Source of the DNA: Thermoplasmatota archaeon
Lineage (GTDB): Archaea; Thermoplasmatota; Penumbrarchaeia; Penumbrarchaeales; Penumbrarchaeaceae
Assembly (NCBI GenBank): GCA_029762535.1
Contig: JARVGK010000010.1
Span: 19,892-83,891 of the forward strand
Direction: 5' to 3'
Length of the DNA: 64,000 nt
Below the pieces are notes generated by a model. It did not search any database and had not been told where the DNA came from. It was given only the letters and a program-made list of their open reading frames with translations. A program made the position numbers and the translations under genes. Shown piece by piece: positions 27,495-38,455 of the stretch. The first letter of the stretch is position 1. Each line of letters starts with the position of its first letter.

Positions 27495-30392
27495 ATGGAC
27501 GATCTCGATTCCGCCGCATTGGAGGCAAAATGGCAGAGGATATGGGAGGAACGCTCCGCCTTCAGTCCTAGGGGGCCCAACCCAGATGCCAATGGCAAGT
27601 TCTTCATGATATTCGCCTATCCAGGGATCTCCGGTTACCTCCACGTCGGTCACATGAGGGGGTTCACCTACACCGATGTGATGACGCGTTACAAGCGTTC
27701 CAGTGGCTATGACGTCCTTTTCCCGGTAGGTTTCCACGCTAGCGGGATCCCCGCCATATCTCTGGCCAAACGCATCGAGAGGGGCGATGAGAGAACGATG
27801 GAGTACATGGTCAAGAACGGCGCCCCCAAAGACATCATCCCCACGCTTTCCGATGTCGATAATTTGATCGGTTTCTTCTCTAAGGTCTATATTGAAGATT
27901 ACTGGAAGCGCTTCGGGTTCGGGATGGACTTCACCAGGTGCATGAGCACGATCTCCCCCGGCTACAACAGGTTCATCTCCTGGCAGTTCCGCAAGCTCAG
28001 GGACAGGGGCCTTCTCGTGACAAAGCCACATTATGCCCCTTACTGCCCGAGCTGCGGCCCCGTCGCAGTGGATGCCTCCATGACGGACATCCAATCCGGC
28101 GGTGGCGCGGAGATCCTGGACTTCACCGTTCTCAAATTTCGCCTCGAGGACGGCACCGTCCTCCCCGCCGCGACCCTGAGGCCCGAGACAGTTTACGGTG
28201 TCACGAACATGTGGCTGCACCCCTATGTCGATTACGTTCTCGCCTCCGTCGGCCCCGAGAAATGGCTGATGTCGCGGGAGGGCATGGAGAAGCTTCTCCA
28301 TCAGACCAAAGGGGAGATGGATGTCCGATCCATCTCAAGAGGCAAGGGCTCCGACCTGATCGGAAGAACATGCACGACGCCGCTTGGAAGGGAAGTGCCC
28401 ATTCTTCCCGGGGATTTCGTCGATCCGGCCGTGGCGACGGGGGTCGTCATGTCCGTTCCGGCCCACGCCCCCTTCGACTGGATCGCCCTGAAGGACCTTC
28501 AGGGCACGGACGTTGCGATCCCTGGCATATCGAGAGAGGAATTGGAGGGTATCCGGCCCGTCACCCTCATTAGGTCGGGGGCAAAGGCCCTCGAGGATCC
28601 CGCAGGGGTCCTGTGCCGGGAGATGGGCGTCCAGACCCAGCATGACTCCGGGAAGCTCGAGGAGGCCACCAAGCGCATCTACAAGGACGAGTTCCATTCC
28701 GGGATTCTCCTCGATATATGCGGCGAATACTCAGGCATGAAGGTGTCCCTTGCCAAGGACGCCCTCAGGTCCGACATGATCGCAAAAGGCGATGCCTCCG
28801 GGTTCCAGGAGTTCTCCGAGCCCGTCATATGCCGCTGCGGAGCGAAGGTGGTAATATCCAGGATACCCGACCAGTGGTTCATTCGCTACTCGGACGCTGA
28901 TCTGACGCGAAAGGCCGTGGAGCACGCCTCCGAGATGGAGATCCTTCCGGATGAGTACAGGAAGGAGCTCCCATCCGTCCTGGAGTGGTTCGGCGACAGG
29001 GCCTGCATAAGACAGGGTTCCTGGCAGGGAACCGAGTTCCCATTCAAGAAGGGCTGGATAATCGAGCCCATATCCGATTCCACCCTGTATCCGGCCTACT
29101 ACATCATATCCCCCTACGTCAATGACGGCTCCCTGCCGCTCGAGGACATGGACGACGACTTCTTCGACCATGTCCTTCTGGGGATCCCGCCCGGCAAGGA
29201 CATCGATCCCCGGAGAAGGGAGCTTCAGGAGAAGATAAGGAAGGATTTCCTCTACTGGTATCCACTGGACTTCAACTTAGGGGGCAAGGAGCACAAGACA
29301 GTGCATTTCCCCGTGTTCCTGATGAACCACGTCGCCATCATGGATAGGGCGCACTGGCCCCGCGGGATCTACGTCCACTGGTGGGTCACTATGGGGGGCG
29401 GGGACAAGATCTCCAAGACCAAGGGAGGCGCGGAGCCCATACCCGAGGCGATCGCCAAGTACGGCGTGGACGCGATGAGGCTATACTACTGCCACGTTGG
29501 ATCGTCCAATATGGACGTGGAATGGGTCGAGGAGACCGTCTCCCATTACAGGGCGAGGACGAGAAGGATATTCGAACAGTTCCAGGACCTGCTTCGCCTC
29601 AAGGGGGGCCCGTCAACAATGGACGGGTACCTCAAAGCCGCGATGTCGAGAAGGACACAGGAGATCACCGCTTCCATGGAGAAGGGGGCCTTCAGGGACG
29701 CTTCCAACAGCGCCTATTTCGCGATCCCCGCAGACATGAGATGGTATGTCAGAAGGGGAGGGAACGACCCCGAGGCCGTGAGGGAGGCCCTCTCCGTATG
29801 GGCCAGGCTGTTACAGCCCGTCACCCCGCATATGGCGGAGGAGCTGTGGGAGATGATAGGGGGAGAGGGGCTGGTGTCGCTCGCTCCCTGGCCGGAGCCC
29901 TCTGACGGCCCGGAACTCGAAACGGCCTGGCTGAGGGAAGGTTACGTGTCCCAGCTGTTGGAGGACGCATCCAATATAATGAAGATGACGGGGATCGAAG
30001 CAAAACGCGTCTGCCTCTACGCTGCGCCCGATTGGAGATGGTATATGCTATCGGAGATGGTAGCGAAGGCGAGGGAGGGGGACGGGAGGCTCAACGTCGG
30101 CGACGTGATCAAGCATCTCATGGGCATCGAGACGATGAGGGCTCATGCCAAGGAGATCCCCAAGCTGGTGCAGAGGCTGGTAAAGGACGTGGTCAAGATG
30201 GGCGATGCCGAGTTCAGGAGGATAGAGCTCCTGCGCGACGAGGTCTCCCTCCTCAAGGGCATCGCGCCTTTCATGTCCGGGGAACTCGGCTGCCCCGTAT
30301 CCGTCTTCGGCGAGGACGACCCGGACATATACGACCCCACGGGCAAGGTCAGGGGGGCCATCCCCCTCAAACCGGCCATCTACATGGAGTGA
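27495..30392 (+). CDS. leuS: Leucyl-tRNA synthetase (archaeal type)
   Basis: AYPGISGYLHVGH (HIGH), ATLRPET, GVVMSVPAHAPFD, KISKT (KMSKS variant), PLKPAIYME. GGTGA RBS. Confidence 0.97.
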   Translation: MDDLDSAALEAKWQRIWEERSAFSPRGPNPDANGKFFMIFAYPGISGYLHVGHMRGFTYTDVMTRYKRSSGYDVLFPVGFHASGIPAISLAKRIERGDERTMEYMVKNGAPKDIIPTLSDVDNLIGFFSKVYIEDYWKRFGFGMDFTRCMSTISPGYNRFISWQFRKLRDRGLLVTKPHYAPYCPSCGPVAVDASMTDIQSGGGAEILDFTVLKFRLEDGTVLPAATLRPETVYGVTNMWLHPYVDYVLASVGPEKWLMSREGMEKLLHQTKGEMDVRSISRGKGSDLIGRTCTTPLGREVPILPGDFVDPAVATGVVMSVPAHAPFDWIALKDLQGTDVAIPGISREELEGIRPVTLIRSGAKALEDPAGVLCREMGVQTQHDSGKLEEATKRIYKDEFHSGILLDICGEYSGMKVSLAKDALRSDMIAKGDASGFQEFSEPVICRCGAKVVISRIPDQWFIRYSDADLTRKAVEHASEMEILPDEYRKELPSVLEWFGDRACIRQGSWQGTEFPFKKGWIIEPISDSTLYPAYYIISPYVNDGSLPLEDMDDDFFDHVLLGIPPGKDIDPRRRELQEKIRKDFLYWYPLDFNLGGKEHKTVHFPVFLMNHVAIMDRAHWPRGIYVHWWVTMGGGDKISKTKGGAEPIPEAIAKYGVDAMRLYYCHVGSSNMDVEWVEETVSHYRARTRRIFEQFQDLLRLKGGPSTMDGYLKAAMSRRTQEITASMEKGAFRDASNSAYFAIPADMRWYVRRGGNDPEAVREALSVWARLLQPVTPHMAEELWEMIGGEGLVSLAPWPEPSDGPELETAWLREGYVSQLLEDASNIMKMTGIEAKRVCLYAAPDWRWYMLSEMVAKAREGDGRLNVGDVIKHLMGIETMRAHAKEIPKLVQRLVKDVVKMGDAEFRRIELLRDEVSLLKGIAPFMSGELGCPVSVFGEDDPDIYDPTGKVRGAIPLKPAIYME

Positions 30393-30438
30393 TAGGAGCG
30401 CGGAGAACGGCCCAAATTTAATATGCGCAGGCATCCTT

Positions 30439-32955
30439 ATGGAGCCCATGCGGGACAGGGGCTCCGGATCCTTCAAAAAGTTCTGTATCGCGTTATATGC
30501 CCTGCTGCTGATCGTCACCAGCCTGCCTTTTGAGAGCGGGGCCGAGCCCGAGGCCGCCTGGTCGTATCATACGTCCTACGAGATCGATTCGATACTCACC
30601 GACCTGGCATCGAGCAGGCCTGACATCGCCATGAAAACGACTGCCTGGGAGCTTCTAGGGATCCCGGACGCCGAGGGAGGGCGCTCGATCCCCATACTGT
30701 TCATAGGCAACATGTCGGACCCCTCTCGATCGAACCTGATGTTCATCGGGGCCCATCACGGCAACGAGCCCGACTCCGCCGAGGCGGTCCTGGCCTTCGC
30801 GAGCTACATCCTAGAAGGCGAGAACGACAGGGTCCGCTACGTCACATCAAGGCTGAACCTGATCGTCCTCCCGGTCGTCAACCCCTACGGTCTGGACATG
30901 GGCACCCGATACGATGAAACTGGCGAGGACCCGAACAGGGACTACCCGTTCATGGCCTCATCTTCCTCGGCATACTCGGACGGTATCCCCCTCAACACCG
31001 CCGGTGCGAGGACCGTCCATGAACTTGCGAGGATGTATCCAACGGATATCGCCCTGAGCTTCCATACGGGCTCCTTCGGAATATTCACGCCGTGGGGAGC
31101 GGCCTCCACCGGGAACATGACCCCGGACCATGTATGCTTCATGGAGCTCGCCTCCGCCATTTCCAGGGCGTCGGGCCTGAACATGCCCTACGGCCCAGCG
31201 AACGATTTCAAGGGCGTATCCTACCTGATGGGTGCCTTCGACGACCATCTCTACGGTTCATCCGTGTTCCCTGACCGCCTCTATTCCCAGGACATGATAT
31301 TACCCTGGTCCTCGGCTTCCTTCACGGTGGAGCTCCGCACGGGTCTGGGAGAGGAGCCGGAAGGGCTCGGAACGCTTCATGGCGTGGACTCGGAACCCCC
31401 CTCGCTTCAGGTGATCCCCTCGGCCGTGAGGATGTGCCTGGCCGCGTGCATGATGGCGCGGGTCGATGCCTCCTATGATCTGGAGGTCACCGCGGGCGGG
31501 TCGACGGCGTCCTTCGAGGTGCGCGGCGTATCATCCATCGATGGATTGAACCTCGGGACGGACGAGGGCGAGGCCCTCGACCCGGACGATCTCAGGACCC
31601 ATCCCAGGTACCCGGAGATATCATTAAGCGCCACGCCTCCGGAGGGCGCGAAGGGTGTGAGGCTGTTCGGCGATCCGCGCGCCTCCTGGAGGGCCCACCT
31701 CGAGGGTTCATACCCCAACGTATCCCCCAGATCGCTCCTGTCCGCGAGCTCGGTCGGCGGCATCGACGCTTGGGTCGGGCTCCCGTCGAGGGAAGAGGAA
31801 GCCCATATCGAGATAGTTGGCATAGATCCCATGATCGCGCAGGTCGGGAGCGGGGTCGAGGTCACGGTGATCATAGAGATGCCGGAGGGCGAACACATCA
31901 GCGGTCTTGACCTCGTGACCATATCCAATGGCTTCGAGATGGCCCTTCCCTACACGGCTTGGGAGATAGTGAGCGGCGAGAACGTCCTTGAGGCATCCGC
32001 TGGCATCGTGGAGGGGTCGACCCGGCTCGAGGCGAGACTGCATACCAACAAGGGCACACATGTCAGGAGAGCGGCGTTTCACACGGCCCCCTGGATAGCT
32101 GTATCGGCGGAACACTATCCTGTCGATCACTCTCTCAAAGTGATCATGGGCCTCGAGGGTGCGAGGAAGCCCGCCTACGCCCATTTGACGCTATCCCCCG
32201 CCGGCGGCTGGGAAGGCCCCGTACTTGGGCCCTTCACCAGGCTCCTTCCCCAAGACGGTATAGAGATGTTCGAGATCGATGTATCCATGCTCGATGGAGA
32301 ATACGAAATGCTCTCATGGACCGGAACTTTCGAGCCACGACCATACGACCGGTTCTTCTTCTATCCCCGTATTAGGGCATCGGAGCTGCCCCTGCGGATC
32401 GTCGGCACGACGCTGATATTGGGCCCCCTCACGGTCTTTGAGGGGGATAGATGCGTGGAACACCAGGGAGCCGTCAGAGCGGTCGTTGTCCGACCCGACG
32501 GCTTCGAGACATGGATCGATATGCCTTTCGTCCCGTTCGAATCTTTGAACCCGGAGGACGCCCTGATAGCCCTGAACCAGGCCTCGAGGGCGGGTGTCAC
32601 TGGCGAGATCGCGGGAGCCTACCTCCTCGCGATCGACCTGCCGTGGCCTGGAACATACGAGGTTATGGGATATGTTACCGGTCCCAACGGCCCTGTTCCA
32701 TTCGGATCGGGGATCACGCCTCCGCAGATGGAGGCGCTCCGTTACGGCTCGTTCGAGGTCATGGAGACCAAAGAGCAGGAAAGGGGCTTCCCCTTCGCGC
32801 TCATAGCTCTTTTCACCGTTCTCATAATCATAATATCCGTTGTTACGTATCTCAGGTATCCGGCCAGGATGAGGCAGATAGCCGAAAGTATGTCCGAGAG
32901 ACCAGATGGGCGTTCGAGAACGGCTTACGAAAAAAGAAGAGGTGGGAGGAGATGA
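30439..32955 (+). CDS. Secreted M14 zinc carboxypeptidase with C-terminal membrane anchor
   Basis: GAHHGNE (HxxE), PVVNPYG, DPNRDY, LSFHT, FTVEL; C-terminal TM. Confidence 0.85.
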   Translation: MEPMRDRGSGSFKKFCIALYALLLIVTSLPFESGAEPEAAWSYHTSYEIDSILTDLASSRPDIAMKTTAWELLGIPDAEGGRSIPILFIGNMSDPSRSNLMFIGAHHGNEPDSAEAVLAFASYILEGENDRVRYVTSRLNLIVLPVVNPYGLDMGTRYDETGEDPNRDYPFMASSSSAYSDGIPLNTAGARTVHELARMYPTDIALSFHTGSFGIFTPWGAASTGNMTPDHVCFMELASAISRASGLNMPYGPANDFKGVSYLMGAFDDHLYGSSVFPDRLYSQDMILPWSSASFTVELRTGLGEEPEGLGTLHGVDSEPPSLQVIPSAVRMCLAACMMARVDASYDLEVTAGGSTASFEVRGVSSIDGLNLGTDEGEALDPDDLRTHPRYPEISLSATPPEGAKGVRLFGDPRASWRAHLEGSYPNVSPRSLLSASSVGGIDAWVGLPSREEEAHIEIVGIDPMIAQVGSGVEVTVIIEMPEGEHISGLDLVTISNGFEMALPYTAWEIVSGENVLEASAGIVEGSTRLEARLHTNKGTHVRRAAFHTAPWIAVSAEHYPVDHSLKVIMGLEGARKPAYAHLTLSPAGGWEGPVLGPFTRLLPQDGIEMFEIDVSMLDGEYEMLSWTGTFEPRPYDRFFFYPRIRASELPLRIVGTTLILGPLTVFEGDRCVEHQGAVRAVVVRPDGFETWIDMPFVPFESLNPEDALIALNQASRAGVTGEIAGAYLLAIDLPWPGTYEVMGYVTGPNGPVPFGSGITPPQMEALRYGSFEVMETKEQERGFPFALIALFTVLIIIISVVTYLRYPARMRQIAESMSERPDGRSRTAYEKRRGGRR

Positions 32956-33635
32956 TCAGGATAGCCCCGTCGATACTGTCGGCGAACATGTGCAGGCTGG
33001 AGGAGGACGTGAAGAGGGCCCTGTCCGCGGGGGCCGACATGGTGCACGTGGACGTGATGGACGGGCATTTCGTCCCCAACATAACGATCGGCATCCCCGT
33101 GGTCAGATCGCTCAGGGAATGCTGCGATGCGGAGTTGGATGTGCATCTGATGATAAGGGATGCCGAGAGGTACGCGCCATCCTTCGTCGAGGCGGGGGCC
33201 GACATCGTGACCGTGCATGTCGAGGCCGCACCGCATCTGAACAGGGTACTGACATCCATACGCGAATCCGGGGGCCAGTGCGGCGTTGTCCTCAACCCGG
33301 CGACCCCTATCTCATCGGTGAGCGAGGCATTGGAGATATCCGACATGGTCCTCCTGATGAGCGTGAACCCCGGGTTCGGTGGTCAGCGGTTCATAGGCCG
33401 TTCACTTGAGAGGATCTCGAAACTCAAGATGATGATCGAGGAGAGGGGTCTTGACATCCCGATCGAGATAGACGGGGGCATAGACCCGGGCAACGCGGCC
33501 GAGGTCGTCGAGGCTGGCGCGGACGTGCTCGTCGCCGGGTCATCGGTCTTCACCGCCAACGGAGGCGATGTGGAGAACAATATCGCGGCACTGAGGTCGG
33601 CGGCTATGCTGGGATCACAACGTAGGGGCCGATGA
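32952..33635 (+). CDS. rpe: Ribulose-phosphate 3-epimerase
   Basis: IAPSILSA, HVDVMDGHFVPNIT, MSVNPGFGGQ, EIDGG, VAGS. ATGA overlap and GGAGG RBS. Confidence 0.96.
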   Translation: MIRIAPSILSANMCRLEEDVKRALSAGADMVHVDVMDGHFVPNITIGIPVVRSLRECCDAELDVHLMIRDAERYAPSFVEAGADIVTVHVEAAPHLNRVLTSIRESGGQCGVVLNPATPISSVSEALEISDMVLLMSVNPGFGGQRFIGRSLERISKLKMMIEERGLDIPIEIDGGIDPGNAAEVVEAGADVLVAGSSVFTANGGDVENNIAALRSAAMLGSQRRGR

Positions 33636-35226
33636 GGGCCGTGTAATGTCCCGATGCTGTGAGTATCGAGAGCACTCTTCCGTTCGTCCCGTCCACAACG
33701 ACGGCATGGACCGTCTTGGGATCCCTCGCATCGTTGACGGAGGAGACGAAGAGGTCCGCGCCCTGGGCCCTGCTCAAGCCCAGAACGTTGAAGAGGAGGA
33801 CCGAGGTCACGTTCGCTCCGAGGCTGCGGGAAACGACCCTTAGCTCGTATGATGCGGCGTACTGTCCGCCTGCGAAGAACCTGCTCGAGTGAGGCGATGA
33901 TCGAAGGACGGATTCATGGTCCTTGAGCGATATCAGGTCCCTTCCCCGGACCCCGTATTCGTTGGATGTGTGCCTGGCCGCAGATAGCAGACCGAGCCTT
34001 TTCATATCAAGACGGTCCCCGCCTGCTTGAGAGGCGACCTCGAAATTCACGGCGGGATGGTGATAGCCCGTATCCCTTCCGGAGGTAAGGGTGATGTTCC
34101 AGATCATCGATCCGGAGGGACCGCGGCTCTCGTTGCGGTAATATCTCATATCGGTGAACGTCACGCCGGGCTCGTCCCGGACGAAGGCATCGATGAGGGG
34201 GCTGTTGGACCTGGCGTGCTCAAGGGTTTCTTTTGGCGTGAACCTCAGGGAGGTCTCACCTCCGTCCCTGGGCACCTCAGCGACGGGGAGCGGGACCGTT
34301 GCCGTTGGGCGATCATCCCTTACGCTGGTTATCGTAGAGAAGCCAACGGGCGCCCCCTGACCAACGGTCCAATCGATGAGCCTTGTTCGCAGGGTCATAT
34401 GAAAGCTCAGTTCACCCTCCGTGCTGGGATACGCACCGCTGCATTCCAGGTAATACTCCTCGGGCCATGGGGCCTTCTCCGTGAAGGCCGCGCTCATCAC
34501 AAGGTGTAAGTTCGTATGGTTGGCCTTGGTACTGAACAGGATACTAGGGACGGGGCCTTCATAGGAGGTCCGGACCGAGTACTCCAACCTCGCGTCCTTT
34601 ATGTTCAGCCCCAATTCGTCCAGGGACAGGTCCATATCGGTCTCGCCTGATACCCAGGACCCATCCCCCGAGTATAGTTCCGCCATCCTCATCCATATCA
34701 TATCGGTCCAGAGCCCTCCGTGGTCCAGCAGTTCCAGATGTACCGATGATGCCGGGTAGGAACCAGAACCTGGCCGGTCCACGCTGACCTTCGTGTCCAA
34801 TGTGGTGCCTTGAAGCGACGCTTCAGGATAACTTATCAGCCTCGACCTCTCTATGGACCCCGACAGGGGTTGTGAGGGTTTGGAGGAGGTTTCGTATCTG
34901 GTCTTGAAGGTGCCCGAGAGCGTCTGTTTGTATGCGTCACCGTATACCATATTGGTGGCCCTGGCATCCATCGAATACGATCCCGAGCTCGTTGTATCGG
35001 CCCTGCCGATATCAAGAGTTAGATTTTGCTCGGCTATGAAAAGCGATCCCGCCCTGAGATGGGGTATCTGAGGGAGATAAGGACCTCCATCTGGCATGCT
35101 TCCCTCCATCCAGGGTGGGACCGGGCCCTCGGTCAGATCGTTCTCGTACAGGGTCAGGGCTGCGTTTATCAGCACCGCGGCCGAAAGGAGTGCGTATATG
35201 GCGACCCTGGTTTCCAGTAGGACCAA
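33604..35226 (-). CDS. Hypothetical N-terminally anchored exported protein (paralog B)
   Basis: N-terminal TM; motifs shared with the upstream ORF. Confidence 0.65.
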   Translation of the reverse strand: MVLLETRVAIYALLSAAVLINAALTLYENDLTEGPVPPWMEGSMPDGGPYLPQIPHLRAGSLFIAEQNLTLDIGRADTTSSGSYSMDARATNMVYGDAYKQTLSGTFKTRYETSSKPSQPLSGSIERSRLISYPEASLQGTTLDTKVSVDRPGSGSYPASSVHLELLDHGGLWTDMIWMRMAELYSGDGSWVSGETDMDLSLDELGLNIKDARLEYSVRTSYEGPVPSILFSTKANHTNLHLVMSAAFTEKAPWPEEYYLECSGAYPSTEGELSFHMTLRTRLIDWTVGQGAPVGFSTITSVRDDRPTATVPLPVAEVPRDGGETSLRFTPKETLEHARSNSPLIDAFVRDEPGVTFTDMRYYRNESRGPSGSMIWNITLTSGRDTGYHHPAVNFEVASQAGGDRLDMKRLGLLSAARHTSNEYGVRGRDLISLKDHESVLRSSPHSSRFFAGGQYAASYELRVVSRSLGANVTSVLLFNVLGLSRAQGADLFVSSVNDARDPKTVHAVVVDGTNGRVLSILTASGHYTALIGPYVVIPA

Positions 35227-35261
35227 CTCCTTGAGTGAAGATGCATATCATTTATTATTAA

Positions 35262-37052
35262 CTATCCTCCGAATACAGCTGCGAGCTGCGAACCCTCAAC
35301 GGATGTGACGTAGAGCAGCTGCCCCGTGTTCGCGTCCACGGCCGCGGAGAAGGTCGATCCCGTGGTCCATACCTCGCCGTACTGCATCCCGAAGGCGTTG
35401 TCCGCCCCGGGGGTGGTGATGCCGAGTATCTGTTCGACCAGGGCAAGGGACGGTATCGCGTTCCGGGAGATCCCTACTATGCCGTAGTAGTACTTGACCC
35501 CCTCGTTGAGGGTGTTCCCCGTATAGGCGTTGGCCCTGACATCGGCATCGAGCTTGATGATCCTCTCAGAGGCGGTGAGCGTCAGGATCTCCCTGTCCAG
35601 GTTCATGCTGTCTATATCCAGGTAACCCCTGGTCCTGCCGTGCCTTTCATCGCCCTCGTCCCTTGAGATGAACGTCGATACAACGCTCCCCGAGAGCTTC
35701 TGGTCCACGGAGCGGGCAACGAGTATCCTGTACCTCCACTCGGGCCACTCCTCGGTCTCACGATAATGGTCCCTGGCCTCTTCCCCGGATGCTACCAGGG
35801 AGAACGTGAGGTTCCACCACTGCGTGGTGTTCCTGCCGAGCCTGTCCTCCTTGGAGATGTTGAATACGGAATCCTCTATGACGATCGATCCCTTGGACCC
35901 GTACTCGTCCATGAAGGCGTTCAGTTCCACAGAGCGGTCCAATGCGAAATCCATCGCCTGGTTCAATGTCCATCCGCTGAACGATGAGCGGTCCACGGCG
36001 GACCCGTCCCGGGGAGCGATATCCCATTCGGCGAACTCCCCACCTCCGTGCCTGTCGACATACCCTTCATCGTTCGATGCGTCGCCCCATGATATGGCTC
36101 TGTCCCCTCTTATGAGTGACCGATCCCCCGGATAGAGGTCCATCCCGAATTCGAGAACGATGTAGAAGGTCTCGTCCTCGTCGCTGAAGCTGGTGTTGCT
36201 CCTGGTATTTCCCTTGATGTAGAATGGCGAATCACCGGAGACGTAGATCGATCTCTCGAAGTTGAAGAAATCCCAGAATCGGGTGGTGACGTTGATGAGG
36301 TATGTGTCGTGTTCGCCCACCCTGTACGCCCCGTCCACCTGCCAGTCGTATATCCAGGAGGTCTCCTGGGAGCTGGCTGGAGGTATATACTGGCCTTTGG
36401 AGCTCTTGTACAATACCTGCCCGCTGCCGTATATGGCGTCGTCCATTGATACCGCAGCATCTGCATTCGGGTCAGGATACGTCCTGAGGTCGGCTATATA
36501 CGAGACGTCGGCCGGGATATTTCCGAACGAGGACCCGAGGCCATTGATGCTCAGGGAGCCGCTGTTCGTCGCCATAAGCTGATGCCCGTCGAGCAGGTTG
36601 ACGAAATCCGATCGGTCCACCTCGATGTTCCCGGGTATGACCACGGTGTCCTTGTCGTTGCCCTCTATCCTCATCTGGAAATTCGCCCTCGTGGAATAAA
36701 CGGTCTTTATGGACATATGCGACTTGAGGAACCCGTCCTTGACGGTTTCCGGTTCGTCGATATACTGTAGGAACTCCCCCTCGCCCGTTAACGTGTACCG
36801 CTGCCACTCGCCGCTGGTGCGGTTCTCGTAGAACATCTGAGCGAATAGCTTGTAGGTGTACTTGGCCTGGTCGCCTATCATCATTTCCGGCACGGTAAGT
36901 GAGGAGGGCCCTTCTATGCTCACGATGGAATCCCCGCCTCCGCCACCGGGCCCGTTCCCGTGATCATCTCCGAATATCACAACGCCTGTCAGAACTATCC
37001 CCAGGTTAGCAAAAAGGGCTATGATCGCGACGATGATGGCCAGGAACCTCAT
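35262..37052 (-). CDS. Hypothetical N-terminally anchored exported protein (paralog A)
   Basis: N-terminal TM, Gly linker, acidic beta-rich body, C-terminal AVDANTGQLL. Confidence 0.7.
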   Translation of the reverse strand: MRFLAIIVAIIALFANLGIVLTGVVIFGDDHGNGPGGGGGDSIVSIEGPSSLTVPEMMIGDQAKYTYKLFAQMFYENRTSGEWQRYTLTGEGEFLQYIDEPETVKDGFLKSHMSIKTVYSTRANFQMRIEGNDKDTVVIPGNIEVDRSDFVNLLDGHQLMATNSGSLSINGLGSSFGNIPADVSYIADLRTYPDPNADAAVSMDDAIYGSGQVLYKSSKGQYIPPASSQETSWIYDWQVDGAYRVGEHDTYLINVTTRFWDFFNFERSIYVSGDSPFYIKGNTRSNTSFSDEDETFYIVLEFGMDLYPGDRSLIRGDRAISWGDASNDEGYVDRHGGGEFAEWDIAPRDGSAVDRSSFSGWTLNQAMDFALDRSVELNAFMDEYGSKGSIVIEDSVFNISKEDRLGRNTTQWWNLTFSLVASGEEARDHYRETEEWPEWRYRILVARSVDQKLSGSVVSTFISRDEGDERHGRTRGYLDIDSMNLDREILTLTASERIIKLDADVRANAYTGNTLNEGVKYYYGIVGISRNAIPSLALVEQILGITTPGADNAFGMQYGEVWTTGSTFSAAVDANTGQLLYVTSVEGSQLAAVFGG

Positions 37053-37198
37053 TCTTTATCACCAATGGCTTTCATAAGGTTCCATTATTATATGATATTT
37101 TAGGGTGAAATGTGATGTTCTATCCCGTTGAGCGTCCATCAACTGTTCGGGAAACCATATATCTACGTTCATTTCTCTCCCCCTGAAAAGGTGATGAG

Positions 37199-38122
37199 AT
37201 GACACAGGAATTCGATCTCGCGATAATCGGGGGAGGACCGGCCGGTATGACCGCCGCCATATATGCGGGCAGGTCGGGGTTGAGGGCGGCGGTCCTGGAA
37301 AAGGCGATGGCCGGGGGCCAGATTGCGCTTTCGTATCTTATCGAGAACTGGCCAGGGGACGCCGAGATCTCCGGAGCGGACCTTAGCGCCAGGATGAGGG
37401 GCCATGCGGAGCGATACGCCTCCATCATCGAGTTCTCGGAGATCACCTCGATAGAAAAGGAGGATGTGTTCGTGATAGATACTCCCGAGGGGAAGCTGAG
37501 GGCGAGGGCGGTCCTTATCGCCACCGGGGCGGAGCACAGGAAGCTTGGGGTTCCGGGCGAGGAGGGGCTTGGCGGAAGGGGGGTAAGCTACTGTGCCACC
37601 TGCGACGGGTTCTTCTTCAAAGGGAAGAGGGTGCTCGTTGTCGGAGGCGGCAACACCGCCGTCGAATACGCCATATATCTGCACAACATCGGATGCGACG
37701 TGTCCCTGGTCCACCGCAGGGGCGAGCTCAGGGCCGAGATGAAGATGCAGGAGGAGCTCGGAAAGAGGGATATCCAGGTCATATGGAACAGCGTTGTCCT
37801 CGAGTTCAGAGGCGATGGAACTCTGAAGGAGGTCCTGCTCAGGGACAAGTTATCTGGCGTGGAGAGGACCGTTGAGGCGGACGGGGTGTTCGTAGCCGTA
37901 GGTGAGGTCCCCAACAACGAGATCCCGAAGAGGCTGGGTCTCGACCTCGACCCTGATGGATACGTGATCGTGGACAGGATGATGAGGACATCGATCCCGG
38001 GGATATACGCTGCAGGCGATGTTACCGGGGGATTGAAGCAGGTCGTGGTCGCCGCCGGGGAGGGGGCCATAGCCGCAACGACGGCCTTCGAGGACCTCAG
38101 GGAGCCTTACTGGATAGGATGA
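37199..38122 (+). CDS. trxB: Thioredoxin-disulfide reductase
   Basis: IIGGGPAG, GVSYCATCDG, GGGNTA, AAGDV. GGTGA RBS. Confidence 0.96.
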   Translation: MTQEFDLAIIGGGPAGMTAAIYAGRSGLRAAVLEKAMAGGQIALSYLIENWPGDAEISGADLSARMRGHAERYASIIEFSEITSIEKEDVFVIDTPEGKLRARAVLIATGAEHRKLGVPGEEGLGGRGVSYCATCDGFFFKGKRVLVVGGGNTAVEYAIYLHNIGCDVSLVHRRGELRAEMKMQEELGKRDIQVIWNSVVLEFRGDGTLKEVLLRDKLSGVERTVEADGVFVAVGEVPNNEIPKRLGLDLDPDGYVIVDRMMRTSIPGIYAAGDVTGGLKQVVVAAGEGAIAATTAFEDLREPYWIG

Positions 38123-38455
38123 TCATTCCTCGTCCTCTTTGCCGCCGTCCATGAGGCGCTCGCCGAAGGCGATGGTCTCCAGCGTCCTTGCGACCCAAAG
38201 CCTGTTGGAATGCCGGTCCACATCCTCCCTCATGCGTATCTCGGACTCGATCTGCATCCGCACCAGATGGTATCTGTACTTCTCGATCTCGGTATCCTCG
38301 ACGATCTCCTCGACCATCATCGGAAGCGAATGCGGATCGTCCATGACCCGCGCTATCTTCTGAAGCAGGGGAGGGATCTTGGATGGTACCTCGCCTGCGC
38401 ACAGGACCCGCAGGGTCCCGTCCTCGTTGGACCTCTTTCTTGACTGGGCATCCAT
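38123..38455 (-). CDS. Hypothetical helical protein
   Basis: 110 aa with a GGTGAT RBS 5 nt upstream of the ATG. Confidence 0.65.
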   Translation of the reverse strand: MDAQSRKRSNEDGTLRVLCAGEVPSKIPPLLQKIARVMDDPHSLPMMVEEIVEDTEIEKYRYHLVRMQIESEIRMREDVDRHSNRLWVARTLETIAFGERLMDGGKEDEE

